This document shows, piece by piece, positions 49,400-61,940 of a DNA stretch of 64,000 nt. Location: the NCBI GenBank assembly GCA_002104905.1, contig MCFE01000379.1, forward strand, positions 20,254 through 84,253, read 5' to 3'. Numbering within the stretch: the first letter of the stretch is position 1; every line of letters begins with the position of its first letter. Made by a program: the position numbers and the translations under genes. Source of the DNA: Basidiobolus meristosporus CBS 931.73 (lineage: Eukaryota; Fungi; Basidiobolomycota). The notes beneath the pieces were generated by a model. That model made no database searches. It worked only from the letters and a program-made list of their open reading frames with translations, and was not told the DNA's origin.

Positions 49400-52300
49400 T
49401 CACAACGATGAGTCCTGCAATATCAACATCAAGATATCGTGAACTATCCAAGGGAAAGATAAGTAGGCTGGTTTGCTCTCTTGGCCAGGGTTATTACATG
49501 GCAATGCACTGCAAGGCTGCTGGTTCTTTTGAAGCAATGTTTCAGTTGGATGACACGTCACGTAGTACCAAGCGCTGGCCTTTCTTTTCCGCTCCAAGAT
49601 TGCTCCATCCGCATCATTTACTGCTCCATTAAACCGATCACGAAATATTCTCCAAACTGTTCTGATGACGTTGCTGAGGGTTTCTTTAAGTAAATGTCTG
49701 TCTTTCCTACGGATAGCCAAGGAAGGGAAGCACTGAACGCACCCCGAGACTAGTTCAGCCTCAGTTTTGATTTCATGCTGGTTCATGATATCGGAGATGG
49801 TCAGGTCATACTCATGCTTCAGCTGCCTGGCCTCTGCCAAGTATTCTGCGTATCCCGGCACGATCATTCTTTCATCAAAGTGAACATCCTCTGGACAATT
49901 GGCCAAGGAGCACTCGGATATCTGGCGTTTCAAGGACTCACTCCTGTACATCTCACCCAGGGCATTCGGGGAAGGGTAGGATTTTCTTGGTAATTTGTTC
50001 ATATAATCAGGCCAGTGTTTCGGAATCAGGTCGGGCCGCAGATCAACCGGGATCCCTGTCTTCATGAAATTTACTGCTTTGGTATGAAGCTTAGCCAGCT
50101 TGATACACATGGGGCTCACTGTGATATCTGCGGACTGGTCGGCCCAGGCCAAATGAGCGTTGGCAATCTGGGCCAAATTATTGGTTCTCATAAAATTGAT
50201 GAAGAAGTCCACGGTGTCGTTGATGGTGATGGGCTGGCCAGATTTGCCCTTTTGCTTGCTGTAGTTCAACGAGGGTTGCTTGTGTAATGGAAACAACCGC
50301 TTATCCCAGATAACCGTAAATGTTTCGCCGTCCAGATCGCTGTTACTTTGACTTGGTAGACCGTAGGCAGCAGAAGTAGAGAATGCTACACAATTCACGA
50401 GAGCATGAAGCTTTGGGCAATCAACAGCTTCAACCATTTGCATATCCCCTGGATGTAGATATGGATTTCTAACAACCAACGCTGGGCCTACATAGTTTTT
50501 CACAGTAGCGGGGTTTTGAGGATCCGTGTATCGAACAAAGATTTGGTTTTTCTTCAACGTATTCGTGTCATCTATGACGCCGATCAAGTGGGCCCCCTGT
50601 TTGATGGGAACTCTGGCTCGTTCCTGGATATCCCGGAGAGCCTGGTTTCGGAGTAAACCCAGAAGTCGCTTGGTGAAAGTGTCTCCTGACCGCAGGAAAC
50701 CTGCGGTAATCATATCTCCCAATGCATCACCTATCCAACTGATGCGGTAGTGAAGGGCAAGAAACTCCGAAGCCTGTGCTTGATCGCCAAGAATTTTATC
50801 CGTCAATTGCAGGTGTTCTTCTTGCATATGCATAAATATACCATCCGAGACCCCCACGGTAGAAAGCAGTGCGACGAGCTGTCGGTTCAGGTAAGCTGGC
50901 AGGAACTTGGCAGCTCGGACGATCTCCAAGTCGGAATGTTCCGAACTGAACTTCCTTTGGCTTGGGCGTAAGTGCACAAGCTTTCCACTCATCTGATCAT
51001 CAGGTACGACCATAAGAACCCCCTTGTATCCACCAAAGCGGATCTGAAATGCACCAGGGATTACTTTCGGAGAATATTGACCGGAGATTTCTGCAGCCAA
51101 CGACATTGCAATTCGGCCGATCCCATTCGTGTATACATGGCCATTACGAGTGATATCGGGGATTTTTTTTACCTGTTCCGCAGTCAGGGTTTTTACTGCT
51201 CGAGTGCTGGAAAGGGAAAGGCCCATACATGCTGCATGCTTGGCAACATTACCGATATTACTGAAGTCGCCCATCCACTTGCGAATGAAATCTGCATCTA
51301 TACCCTCGGGCGTATCCGCAAAGAACCAGCACCTGTGTTCACGAAGTTGTGTGGATGAGAAAGCCAGAAATCGGTAATGCCGCTTGCCAATATGGAATCC
51401 TTCGGTCAATGTCTCCTCAAAACTGTCGAAGATGGCTTGATTCAGATGGTTATTAGGGCCTACTTTCTCGAAGTGTTCCTCTGAAAAGGTGACTTGGATG
51501 AAGTATTGTTGGTATTGATGAAAATGCCGTAGCACTCGGTTCGATGGCTCCAAAGATGGTGGCAGAAGGAGCATCTTGCCGGGAGTAATGTATGCTCGAT
51601 ACATCCACACGTTTTGCTCGGGGGTTCCCTCACGATTGATCAGATCAATTCCGAGCTTTGGTAATATTTCTTGAGTGTAGGCTAAGGGGTCCTGGATCAG
51701 GCTTTTAGCCGCCATCATATTCGTCAGCACATTCTTGGCAATCCCGACATCAAGATCATTCAAGAACGTAACCCACTCTTGCGTTACGTTCCCCATGGCC
51801 AGTTTCTGCGCACATACTAAGCATTCCACCAGGTAAGCTACCTCGAACCGGAGTGACGAGTGAATGTCAACAATCAAGTGATTCGACCAATTCGTTTCGA
51901 TAGAAAGTGTGGAATCGAAATCGGTAGAAATTAGCCCGCAACCCGTCATACTGTCAAGAGTATCTTGGAATGATTCTCCCCATTGGTTATGACTTGGAAT
52001 GTTGACGCAGTAGGTGGAGAAGTCACCAAGTTTAACTCTGTTGGCATTCTCCCCCTGTTTATCAACAATATATGGGACACGCATCCATGAATCTTCTTCA
52101 CTCCAACTGTCCGAAGATGGAGATTCCATTTCCTGTCTCCGCCACAAGAAAGGGCAGTGAGCAAGGTTGAAATACAGGAAATACGTATTTTCTTCTCCTC
52201 TATTCATGATTGTACGGTTCCGGGCGTCATCGAATCTTACTCCAATCCTATAGTCGTCGTTCATGTGGTGAAATTTGAAAAAGAGAAGCTGTCTCTCCAC

Positions 52301-52826
52301 ATTCACCTCAATAGTACAGCTGCCTGACGGTCTCCAAACCCTCAGAAATTTGCTGCTGTTTACCAAAACACCCATGTCAAGGCAAGTTACTTCAGAACGG
52401 AAAAACAATTTCGTATATTCTCCCCTTTCTTGACTTTCCAGACACATGGCGGTTTTGGTGGTGAAATCCATATCAAGAAATCCATTTTTCTTCCCCGGAG
52501 CACCAGGTTGAAGGCCCTGATTCATAAAATCAAGAGTAGGTGGCGGTGGGCTAAATACAACTATGGCGGTTTTCTTTCTTCTTTGTGCGTTTATCACCCT
52601 GCAGCTGCTAACATTACCCCACTTGGAGAAATACTCTCGGATATCTGCAGCTTCCATCGCAATTGGTAGACCTTTGACATAGATACTCAATTCGTTGAAC
52701 AAACGAGGGTTAGTGCATGTTTTCTTCAAACTTCGCACCTGCTTTCCACTTTTCTTCAACAGGATTAGTGCTATGTAACCTCTCATACTGAACAATAGCC
52801 CTTACCTTCTCATTTGGTTTGTACAT
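49400..52826 (-). CDS. Eukaryotic RNA-dependent RNA polymerase (RNAi type) with N-terminal RRM; catalytic motif reads DLDGE
   Basis: RRM (IYVKGLP), FLAFSSTQLR, AFQIRFGGYKG, LNRQL, RNPYLHPGD and DLDGE. A probable 21-nt first exon lies at 52806-52826. Confidence 0.93.
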
Positions 52827-55574
52827 TATACGGTAGGTAAGATAATTGCAAAGTGATTATTATATATAATGGATAGCAGTCACGATTGATTGAATAGAAT
52901 CATGGAATATGGCGGGTATATATGCCATTATCGGTGTGGTGAGCTGGCCAGAGAAATCTGTGCAGATAGCCCGGATTCGATAGGTCTAGATTACCACCAA
53001 AACATCTAATCCACATAGATCAACACATGAAGATGGAAATTAACGGCCCAAGCAGCCTTGATAGAACCCGGCACTGTGGAAATGACCGTCTACTCCGATA
53101 TACTGGATTCAGTATATCGCGATTCCCAGCAAATTCCCAAATTGGTTGAAATCGACATATCAATCACCAAGGTAGGAATAACTGGTTTGTGCGGGCCTTG
53201 GGCTTATAATGAAGACAAGATTTGATATAAAAAATCCAAATTCTCTAATTAAATCAATGTCATTTTAAAATTGGTTTATAGCCCGAAGGTGTCTGAATTC
53301 CTTTGTTATTAATATTGATCTCACACATCGGTGCTATGAAGCTGGGGATATTTGATATCAAGTAAATATGCCCCAATGCTGTACAATGTATGCCGAGTGT
53401 TACTCCATCTTTGGTAATGATTGATCCTCCTCCCACACCAGGTATCATATGGCTCATATTGGAAATTCTGAGGGTGTGGTTGACAGCTATCCTGTGTTGT
53501 TGTAGAGTCGGCCGCTTGACTCCAAGATTCCGTTTCCGTTTTCACCAGCTGACCTTGTTTGAATCAGTAGTTATGTCATCTTGATTCCTAATTGTATCAC
53601 ATTGAATCGGGTAGAATGCACCATGGTTTACAATTTAGTGTAAGGTTTCCATTTGAGGCGTACTGTCTAGCACAAGATTATACCAATAACAGTACACCTA
53701 GGCAATGGCCAATTCAGGCGCTAGTTTAGATCTGCATTGAGCATGACTAAGATCGTTACTATCGATGCCGTCAAAAGATGAGACCTCTTCAAACCACTCA
53801 GCTACCAATAACTGAATGAATATCTACAGATTGGTCAATGAAGCTAATGCTGTGGGAGCATCCATCATCTCCAATATATGGATGCGGTATGTGAAGGCTA
53901 CCACCGAAATCCCTAATTTGTAGAATTAACACGTTGAGTACTGAGATAGGAAAGATTGATATGTACTTCCCATTCAATTGTTGACGGGCCTGGAGATTGT
54001 CCTCCAAAAGCAAAGATTTGATCATTGCTGATATTGGCTATACATCAAAGGCCAATGTTCTTGAAGCTTGGCATGGAATTTCCATTCCTCTCAATCGAGG
54101 TATCAGAATCCCTAATTGTATTGATGGCAGCTTATGTGGCTTTACCGTCATACATGACTGCCCTAAAAGCTGCGGATTCATTTGCTAGCTCACTTCACTA
54201 GCACCCATCTATGCATGATTCGTTAACATTGATACCGAGAATCAGAAAATTTTGGTCATTCAGTAAATGTTGACGTGAAAACATCCCGTATTCTCAGGTA
54301 TTGATTTCTACCCAGATCTTCTATCTGAACTTCGCTAAGGAGTTGCCAGTATTCTCGCTCAACATATCATATGGTCATCACTGGTAAGCGTTTTATTCCA
54401 TCATCAACTTTCTGAGTAGTGGAGACTCTGTATGCGGAATATTCGGCTTAACGGTGAGGCTTTTGGATAGTGAAAGGTCGTACAATGTTTGCCAATCCTC
54501 ATTTTATAATGCAACTTGGTAATGATTCATCCGCCCCTTGCGCGCAGTACTTTTGTTCTATGAAATGTGCTACTGTAGGGTCAGTCACTGTACTCCAAAT
54601 ATTTTGTTCCATTCTCATTTTCACCATCTTCCCTTTTTTAGCTAATAGCTATGTTGTGTTGATTCCTGATCATGTCGCATTGACTTGGGACGAACATTCT
54701 TTGACCAAATGTCGCTGTTGGTATTCCGCCCAATGCGTGCTATCTAGTACAAGGTTAAACCGAAACCCCAATGATGGCAAAGCAGCGACCCTGACTAATG
54801 ACCACATCAGGTCCCAGCGTTAAGGGCCAACCAAATTAATATATGCATACTTATCAAACGAGAATTTTGCTCTATGGTCAGTATCTGTAGATTAGTGAAA
54901 GAAATCAATGTTATGAGAATGTTCAAATTCTCCAAGTTATCTGATTTGGCATATCAAGATTTTAATGGAAATACCTAATCGGCACAGATTACCTAGACAG
55001 GGACTAACTGCATGTTCTCACCCTCCGACTTCGTCCTCCAAAAAGTTGATTTGGTCGTGGCTGATATAGTCAAAAAGAAGAGTCCGATTTTATAAAACCT
55101 GCCATGCAAATTCCGTTATTCTGAACCAAGGCATCAGTGTCCCTAATTAAATCGAAAATGGCGGAATATTATGTCACCTATCAGACTTCATTGTGTAGAT
55201 TTGTCCTGCTGCCACCAAAATTTTTCTATTGTTTGGTTCCAGCTAGATTTATCAACCCACTGATTAGACATAACAATATTGCGAAACCAAGTATTTTAGG
55301 TGCCCAGAAGTGTTCTTTCAATGATGTAAGAGATGTGATTTCTAATAATCATTTATCTATTTGCTCCATTAGTCATAAGTCCCTATAAACACCTTATAGG
55401 ATTTGTAACAAAAGTCGGACATTGCTTTAAAAATAGCTCTTTATTAGTAAATGCTCTAGTGGTAGAGTTAACTACTCCCTAGCACCTGATTATCCTCTAA
55501 GAGTGTTTGCTACTCCTTACCAGCCTTAAAAAGTAACAAATACTTGAGGTCATGACATTGTTTAAGGCCAAAGG

Positions 55575-57358
55575 TGCTATAAAATTTCGTAATTCCACCT
55601 AAATATTCACCTAACAAAGTCACTTAGATCATTACCTTCAAATCCTAGAGAATACTGACCAAATTCCTTGTGGGGATTTACTTGGAATATTTTCCCAGAA
55701 CATGAAAATTAGATAAGTTATCCAAACAGCCCCAAACTTTACTCACATGTTTTTGGGACCTTCCTTAACCTATTCTACATGTTTGTTTTGTCAGGACCAT
55801 GTAAAAGTATAAATACTTATCAAGTGAGAACCACAAAATCTACATGTCCTCCCAATCACTTCCAATATCTCCAAGACACTTGCAACAGGTTATGAGCCCC
55901 AAGCTGTCACTCTCTGCAATGTCTACTACTGCTATTACTGGAATTCTTCCCTCTGCTGAAAAGTTGGATGGCTCTAACTACCAAGTGAGGAAGGAGAAGA
56001 TGAAGATGCTGCTACAAGAAAGAGGCCTTTAGGATATTGCCATGGGAGAAGAATGCCCTCCTAAAAATATGGGAGAGGGAGCCTTAAAGTACCAGAAGAA
56101 AGAACAAAGTGCCTTTAACTGCATTTGCCTCAATGCTAAGGACAAATTGCTAATTCAATGCTCAAGAGAAAAAATGGCAAAGAATGCCCAGAAGCCATAA
56201 GAAGACACCTATCAGTCATGTTCAGCTGCCAAGAAAATATATTTGAGACATAAATTCTTTACTACAAAGATGCAGCCAGGATAAGAAATGAAAAATCTAA
56301 TTAACAGAATTACCTTGCTGGTAGATGCAATGGAATCTGTAGGCATATCAACTACTGATGAGGATGTAATAGTTACTATCCTGAATAGCCTGACAGACAA
56401 TTTTCAGGGCCTTATATCAGCCCTAGAGTCCAGAGCTGAAAATTTGACCTTAAATTACATAAATGGAAGGCTCCTGGATGAAGAATTAAGAAAATCAAGA
56501 GCAAATAAGAAGGAAGAAGAAAATGCTTTAATAAGCAATGATAACCAACAAAGGAGGTACCCAAGACCCTACAAAGGCAACAGCAACCTGTTTTGCAACT
56601 ACTGCAAAAGGAATGGACACACATCAGACCAGTGTCTCAACAAGTGAGATAATCAGTAAAAGAAGCCTGAATATGGAAATGCGGCAACAACTGAAGATAG
56701 ACTATTCATATCTGCACTAAATATGACCGCAAACAAGGATTATCAGATGTGGTATATTGACTCTGGAGCATCTCAACACTTTACACACCAAAAAGAACTT
56801 TTTACCTAATATCAAGAAATTCCAATTAAAAAGGTTTTCATGGGTGACAATAGAACACTTGATGCAGTGGGAGAAGGAACCATCCAAGTAAACACTAGAA
56901 GCAATGAAGGAAGCCATACAATGACCTTCAAAAAATTCTCTATGTACCAGGAATAACCAAGAACCTACTGTCTGCAAGCAAGGCCACAGCAGAAATACTC
57001 AGTTTCAGCTTTGACAATTCTGGATGCAGGATCACTGATCAAAATGGTGCCCATATTGCTTTGGGTATCCGTGATCAGAATCTATGCAAATTGACTTATA
57101 TTCCATCATATCTGGAAGCCACTATAAGTAACTGAAATGAGGAAACACCAATGCTTTGGCACAGGAGATTTGGGCACATCAATTTTGATTATTTGTGCAA
57201 AATGATTGAAGATCAGCTCATTTCTGGAGTAGAAATTGATCCCCCAACTAATTTGGAGCACTGTGAAGCCTGCATATATGGGAAACAAGCCAGACAACCA
57301 TTCAAGAGCTCTGGGTTAATCAAAACTAAGAAAAAATTAGATCTAATCCACTTAGATC
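55575..57358 (+). mobile_element. Copia copy D (LTR 55575-55887, PBS, degenerate gag-PR-IN), interrupted by copy E
   Basis: Same family as copies A-C; many stops; sequence stops at the IN motif LIHSD where an opposite-strand LTR begins. Confidence 0.9.
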
Positions 57359-57782
57359 TGCTGTGAGAGTCTTGGAGATGTTGGAAGTGATTGGGAGGAC
57401 AAGTAGATTATGCAGTTTGCATTTAATGATTTGTTGAATGTAAAGTAGCATTTATACTTTTACATGGCCTTGGCATTGCAAACATATAGAATAGGCTAAG
57501 GAAGGTCTCAAGAGCATGTGTGCAAAGTCTGGGGCTGTTTGGACAACTTTGAGAATTTTCATGTCCTAGGTACCTAGTATTTTGGTGAAAATATTTTAAG
57601 TAAATCCCAACAAGGAATTTGGTCAGTATTCTCTAGGATTTGAAGGTAATGATCAAAGTGACTAAGTTAGTTGAATATTTAGGTGGAATTACAAGTTTTT
57701 ACAACACGCCCACTCAGCTAAGTGCTCATACTGACTAGTCCTAATTTTGACCTAAGATATTCAAACTTGTCTCTAGCTAATA
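57359..57782 (-). mobile_element. Copia copy E: 3' LTR (57359-57706), PPT and RNase H end, broken at about 57782
   Basis: 348-bp LTR, then CGCCCACTCAGC and the RNase H end matching 7480-7556, replaced abruptly by TTAGGG-like sequence. Confidence 0.9.
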
Positions 57783-60700
57783 GTTAGGGTTAAGGGGGAG
57801 ACAGTCACCAACAGGTGAAATCTTTATTTCAGTTGAAACAAAGAAGCCAGTGCTACTGTTGCAGCTTTGATACAAGAGTGTGTAGCTGAGGGGAATTTGT
57901 TGGTGAGTCAATAAGAAGTGATAATAGCTCTTCAGTGCTCAAGACACTGTTCAGTGGGAAGGGGGTAGCAAGAGAGGTAAAAATGACTTGTGAACAACAT
58001 TAATGAGGGGAATGTGATAAGGATTGATATTCATCATAAAGGGAGTGTGCTGCTGCAGATATTGCTGCCAAAGGTCTGTCAAGTACTTCAGGTAGGCCAG
58101 CTTGGGTTTTTCTGACTGCAGAATATGGTGAGCAAACTTTTGACTTCAGGATCTCCAAGTATAGTTCTCCAGCAGGAGCCAGGTGTAGTGTGGTATGTTC
58201 TCTTCCAGGCCTTAATCAGTGGGTTGTTGCAGTTGTGAAGTCTGAGATATATTCAGGTTCTGAGGTAGAGAAGTCTGATCCTACAGGGCATAAACCCAAA
58301 AGCACCAAGAATAGCATGTCTCTAGGGGCATTCAGGCAAATGAGGCACCAAGGAGGTAATGCACCATACTGCAAGCTTGTCAAGCATAGTGTAGTCTCTA
58401 GAAGTAAGAGAGAGAAGTAGTAAGCCAAATTCCAGGACAGGGAAGACAAACTGCTTGAGTAGAAGGAGGCAGCTGGGAGCTGAAGTTGTAGGAGGAGTAA
58501 CAGCCGGTAGCTTGTGGAGTGCCTATCTTGCCAGGATAATTCTCTTCTTCAGGTGTGCTCCAGAGTCTAGTCCAGTAGGAAGGAAAGGAAAGCCAAGATA
58601 TGTAGCAGAAACCTGAGCAGGTAGAGTGGAGTTCTCCAAGTTGATGGGAGAGCCCAAAGGTACTGTCTTTGCCATGGAAAGCTGGAGATTATTCTTCTGC
58701 AGATACTGGTGGATGGTCTGGGAGTCTTGTTGCAAATTGGAGGAGGATATTCTGATGTCATCAGCAAAGAGAGTAACCAGGCAGTCAGCTGAGAGTCTTG
58801 GGAAATCATTCAGGAAGATGGCAAACAGTATAGGACCAAGCACAGAGCCTTGAACCACTCCATTAGGAACTGAGAACACAGCTAATTGCTCACTTGGGTG
58901 CAGAATTCTTGCTTGTGGATCCAGAAACAGAGACCTGACAAGGAGGGTGAGAGAGGTACTGGAGAAGCATTGCAACTTGGACCAAAGCAGATTTCTGTCA
59001 ACTGAATCAAAGGCCTTAGTAATATCAAACAGAACAGAGGGATACTTGCACTGGAGAGAGTGATCATGGCTAAGTATGACTGCATATTACAAGGAGAGGC
59101 CAGGAACAAAGCCAAATTGTGCAGGGTGAAACTTGAGGGAGTCAGAGTAGAGCTCCTGAGCAAGCAGAAGCTCAAACACCTTTCTGCAGGTGGGCAGCAG
59201 AGATATTGGCCTATAGGAGCTAGGATCCAGGTGCTTTCCTTTACCCTTGTACAGTGGCAGAACATTGGCAAAGGACCATTCCTCAGGAGTAGAAAGCTGG
59301 GCTGAGCATTGCTGAAGCAGTGGAAGCAGAAGTGCAGACATGGCCTTGGTACTAGTCTTCAGAAGCTCATAGGAGATTGTGTCCACACCTGGGGCAGTAG
59401 AGTTGGGAAGCCTCTTGAGCACATTATGGATTATCTCTTGATCAGGTGCAAGTGGGGTTGGCACAGTCTTGAAGTCATGATGAAAGCCAGGAGTTGAGCA
59501 CTGCTTTATAGAGAAGAAGATGTTGGCCAGCTGTTCTGTTGAAGGTAACTTCCTGGAAGAGGGCCTCATTGCCCTGTAGAGTCTTGACACTGTTCTTGTT
59601 ATAGAGTTGGAAGATTGCAGAGGCAAAGAACTCATAATATGGTCCCAGAGCTGAGTATGCAGAGTGTGGTGAATTGCCTTGGAGTGTTGTATTGCTGTCA
59701 GGAGGAGTTTCTCTGTTTTTGGGCTAGGGAAACTCAGATAGCTTTTTTGCAGGGCTGAAACAATGGATTCCCATTTTCTTGAAGTAACAGCAGTAGTCTT
59801 GCATGGCAGTGAGAGAGAGGCAGAGACCAGAATCAAATACTTCACAAAGAGCCAGGCATAGTTGAGATTTTCTGGCAGAGAAAGTAGCAAACTGGCAAGC
59901 TTCAAGTAGTTCACAAAGTCTTTGTTATGATTCTTGGTAGCTCTGTGGGTGAGCACAGTAAGTTTTGGCAGCTTCTTCTTCACAACTGGTTGCATAGAAA
60001 GGGACCAGGCTGGGTGGTCAGAGGCTCTCAAGGTTCCTAGCTCAGCTCCAGAGAATTGCTTGACTTCATTCACAAAGTAGAGGGCAGCAGCAGAAGGGCA
60101 GATCCAGTCAACACATCTTATCTCAGATTGAGCATCTAGTGCTAGCAGATGGCTTTCTCTCAGGAAGTTCAGTAGGAATGTAGACCTTGGTTCATTCTTG
60201 CAGTCAGAGTAGTCTTGTTCACAGGATGGGGAATGCTGAGATCTCCAAGCAAGATAACATGTGCTGATATAGATTGCTGGTATTGCTGAACTTTCTGGCA
60301 TACAACTTGCACTTCCTGAAGGGGGAGACTTGGAGGCAGATAGCAGAGCACCAGACTGATAGTTGGCAACTGGAGAGCAGCACAGTAAGGGGAGTAAAGA
60401 GGAACACAGAGCTGAGGAGTATTGATGGTTGTTGTGCATCAACATTTAAAACTTAGCCAATTTTACTCCGTTTGAAAATCTGGTACCCTAACTGATTTTC
60501 CCTAACCCAAACATAACAAATCCCAGTTACAGTTTATTTTATCCCACCTCAGAATCTATTTTTAGCTATCACACCTGATCTATTTTCAAATGGTCATTAC
60601 GTTATCAACCTATCTGCCAAGCCTTCCCAGGTGATTAGTCATCTGAGATCTATCCAACCATGGTGCAGTTGCCAATACATCAGTTGATTGATGATGTAAT

Positions 60701-61308
60701 TTTCATTTATCTTATGCACCTATGAGCACCCAAATTGATTTCAATCAATCCAGTCCCTTGGCGCTTAATAATTCAACTTGATCAGAAAAGTATAAATAAA
60801 GTTTACTGAACCTTTTGGTTTAGTGTGTGTCTCAACAAAATTAAGATTCTGTCTCAGCAAAAATAAGAATCCAACAATTCCGTTCCAGTTTCTATCCAAG
60901 CCTAGTATATCTAGCATTCCAAAGAACACCAAGCCTAGCCTGCCTAGCAAACAAATATCATTGCCTTTATAGCCAACCCAGCTATATCCAAGACCAATAT
61001 TAGATCAGAATCTTCCTGCTAATATTTCCGCCACTCTCTGACAATTCTAAGATTCTGCACTTAATTGTCCCTTTGGTTCAGTTAAACCATTCAAGATCTT
61101 TGTTACACTTTCTCTTGGATACAACAATGGTAGAAGAGATGAATGTGATAGAGGAGGTATTCTTTGTTCCAGGAGTAGAAAAGCAATATATATTAGTCAA
61201 AAGTGTAGAGGGTAGCTGGACCTCAATCAAACACAGGAGGGAAAATCTTGAAAGTAGTCTCTCTAGAGTTGGTCTTGATGGCTGTATGCTTTTGCAGCTA
61301 AGCAACTC
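57783..61308 (-). mobile_element. Non-LTR (LINE) APE-RT element, degenerate, with 3' hairpin and telomeric tail
   Basis: RT motifs TAPGVD, YRPISLL..RKVFE, QFGF, QGSVLGP, LFADD and YLG; APE-like motifs YLPPS, ILLGDL, VDWI and SDHP. A probable APE N-terminus (LLCLIEV) lies at 61150-61305. Confidence 0.85.
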
Positions 61309-61350
61309 TTAGGGTTAGGGGAGGGAAAGTCATCAAGGTAGGTGAAATCT
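61309..61350 (-). repeat. Tail-only mini unit (telomeric repeats plus 3' hairpin, loop type TACCTT)
   Basis: ttagggttaggggagggaaagtcatcaaggtaggtgaaatct. Confidence 0.85.
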
Positions 61351-61889
61351 TAGGGTTAGGGTTAGGGTAGGGGGAGGAAAGTCACCAAGTGGTGAAATCT
61401 TTATTTACTTATGACAAGTATCTAAAGAAGCCAAGTTAATCTGAAGTTTTTCCTAGAAAGCTAGGTCTGAGAGATATCTTCCTGGTAAGCCAGGTCTGAG
61501 AGTTGAGAAGCTGAGTGGTACTATATTTCCTAGTTAGCTAGGTCTGAGAGTGGTTTCCTGGAAAGCCAGGCCTGAGAAGTGAGAATCTGAATATATCTGA
61601 GCTAAGTTATACTGGTTTGCGGTAGCTGAATTGTGGCCGGAATGGCCAGTAGACTGGGGGAACTGAGAGGAATTTCTGGGCAATCACTGGCCAAATTTAC
61701 TAGGCAAATCTGGCCAATTAGCATTTCAAGGATTTCGGCCAATCAGAGCCTTTACTTTGCCCTATGGTTGATCAAGCCATCTCCCAATGAGCACACATCA
61801 ATTTATTAATCAAATTTTGCTGGATCCAGGATTTGAACCCACAACCATGGGTATGGAAGGGTTAGGGATAACCACAAGGCTAAGTGTTC
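61351..61889 (-). mobile_element. tRNA-headed SINE-like unit, copy 1
   Basis: A-box-like TAGCCTTGTGG (61872-61882) and B-box GGTTCAAATCC (61829-61839), non-coding body, shared 3' hairpin and TAACCC tail; about 97.5% identical to copy 2. Confidence 0.8.
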
Positions 61890-61940
61890 TTGGTTGGGTT
61901 AGGGTTAGGGGGGGAGGAAAGTCACCAAGTGGTGAAATCT
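61890..61940 (-). repeat. Tail-only mini unit (telomeric repeats plus 3' hairpin, loop type ACTT)
   Basis: ggttgggttagggttagggggggaggaaagtcaccaagtggtgaaatct. Confidence 0.85.

Noticed and set aside
52900-55100. Possible decayed kelch-repeat gene on the minus strand (IFAFGGQS, HTASIY fragments near 53900-54030)
   Set aside because: Only isolated motif fragments among many stops; insufficient evidence for a call.
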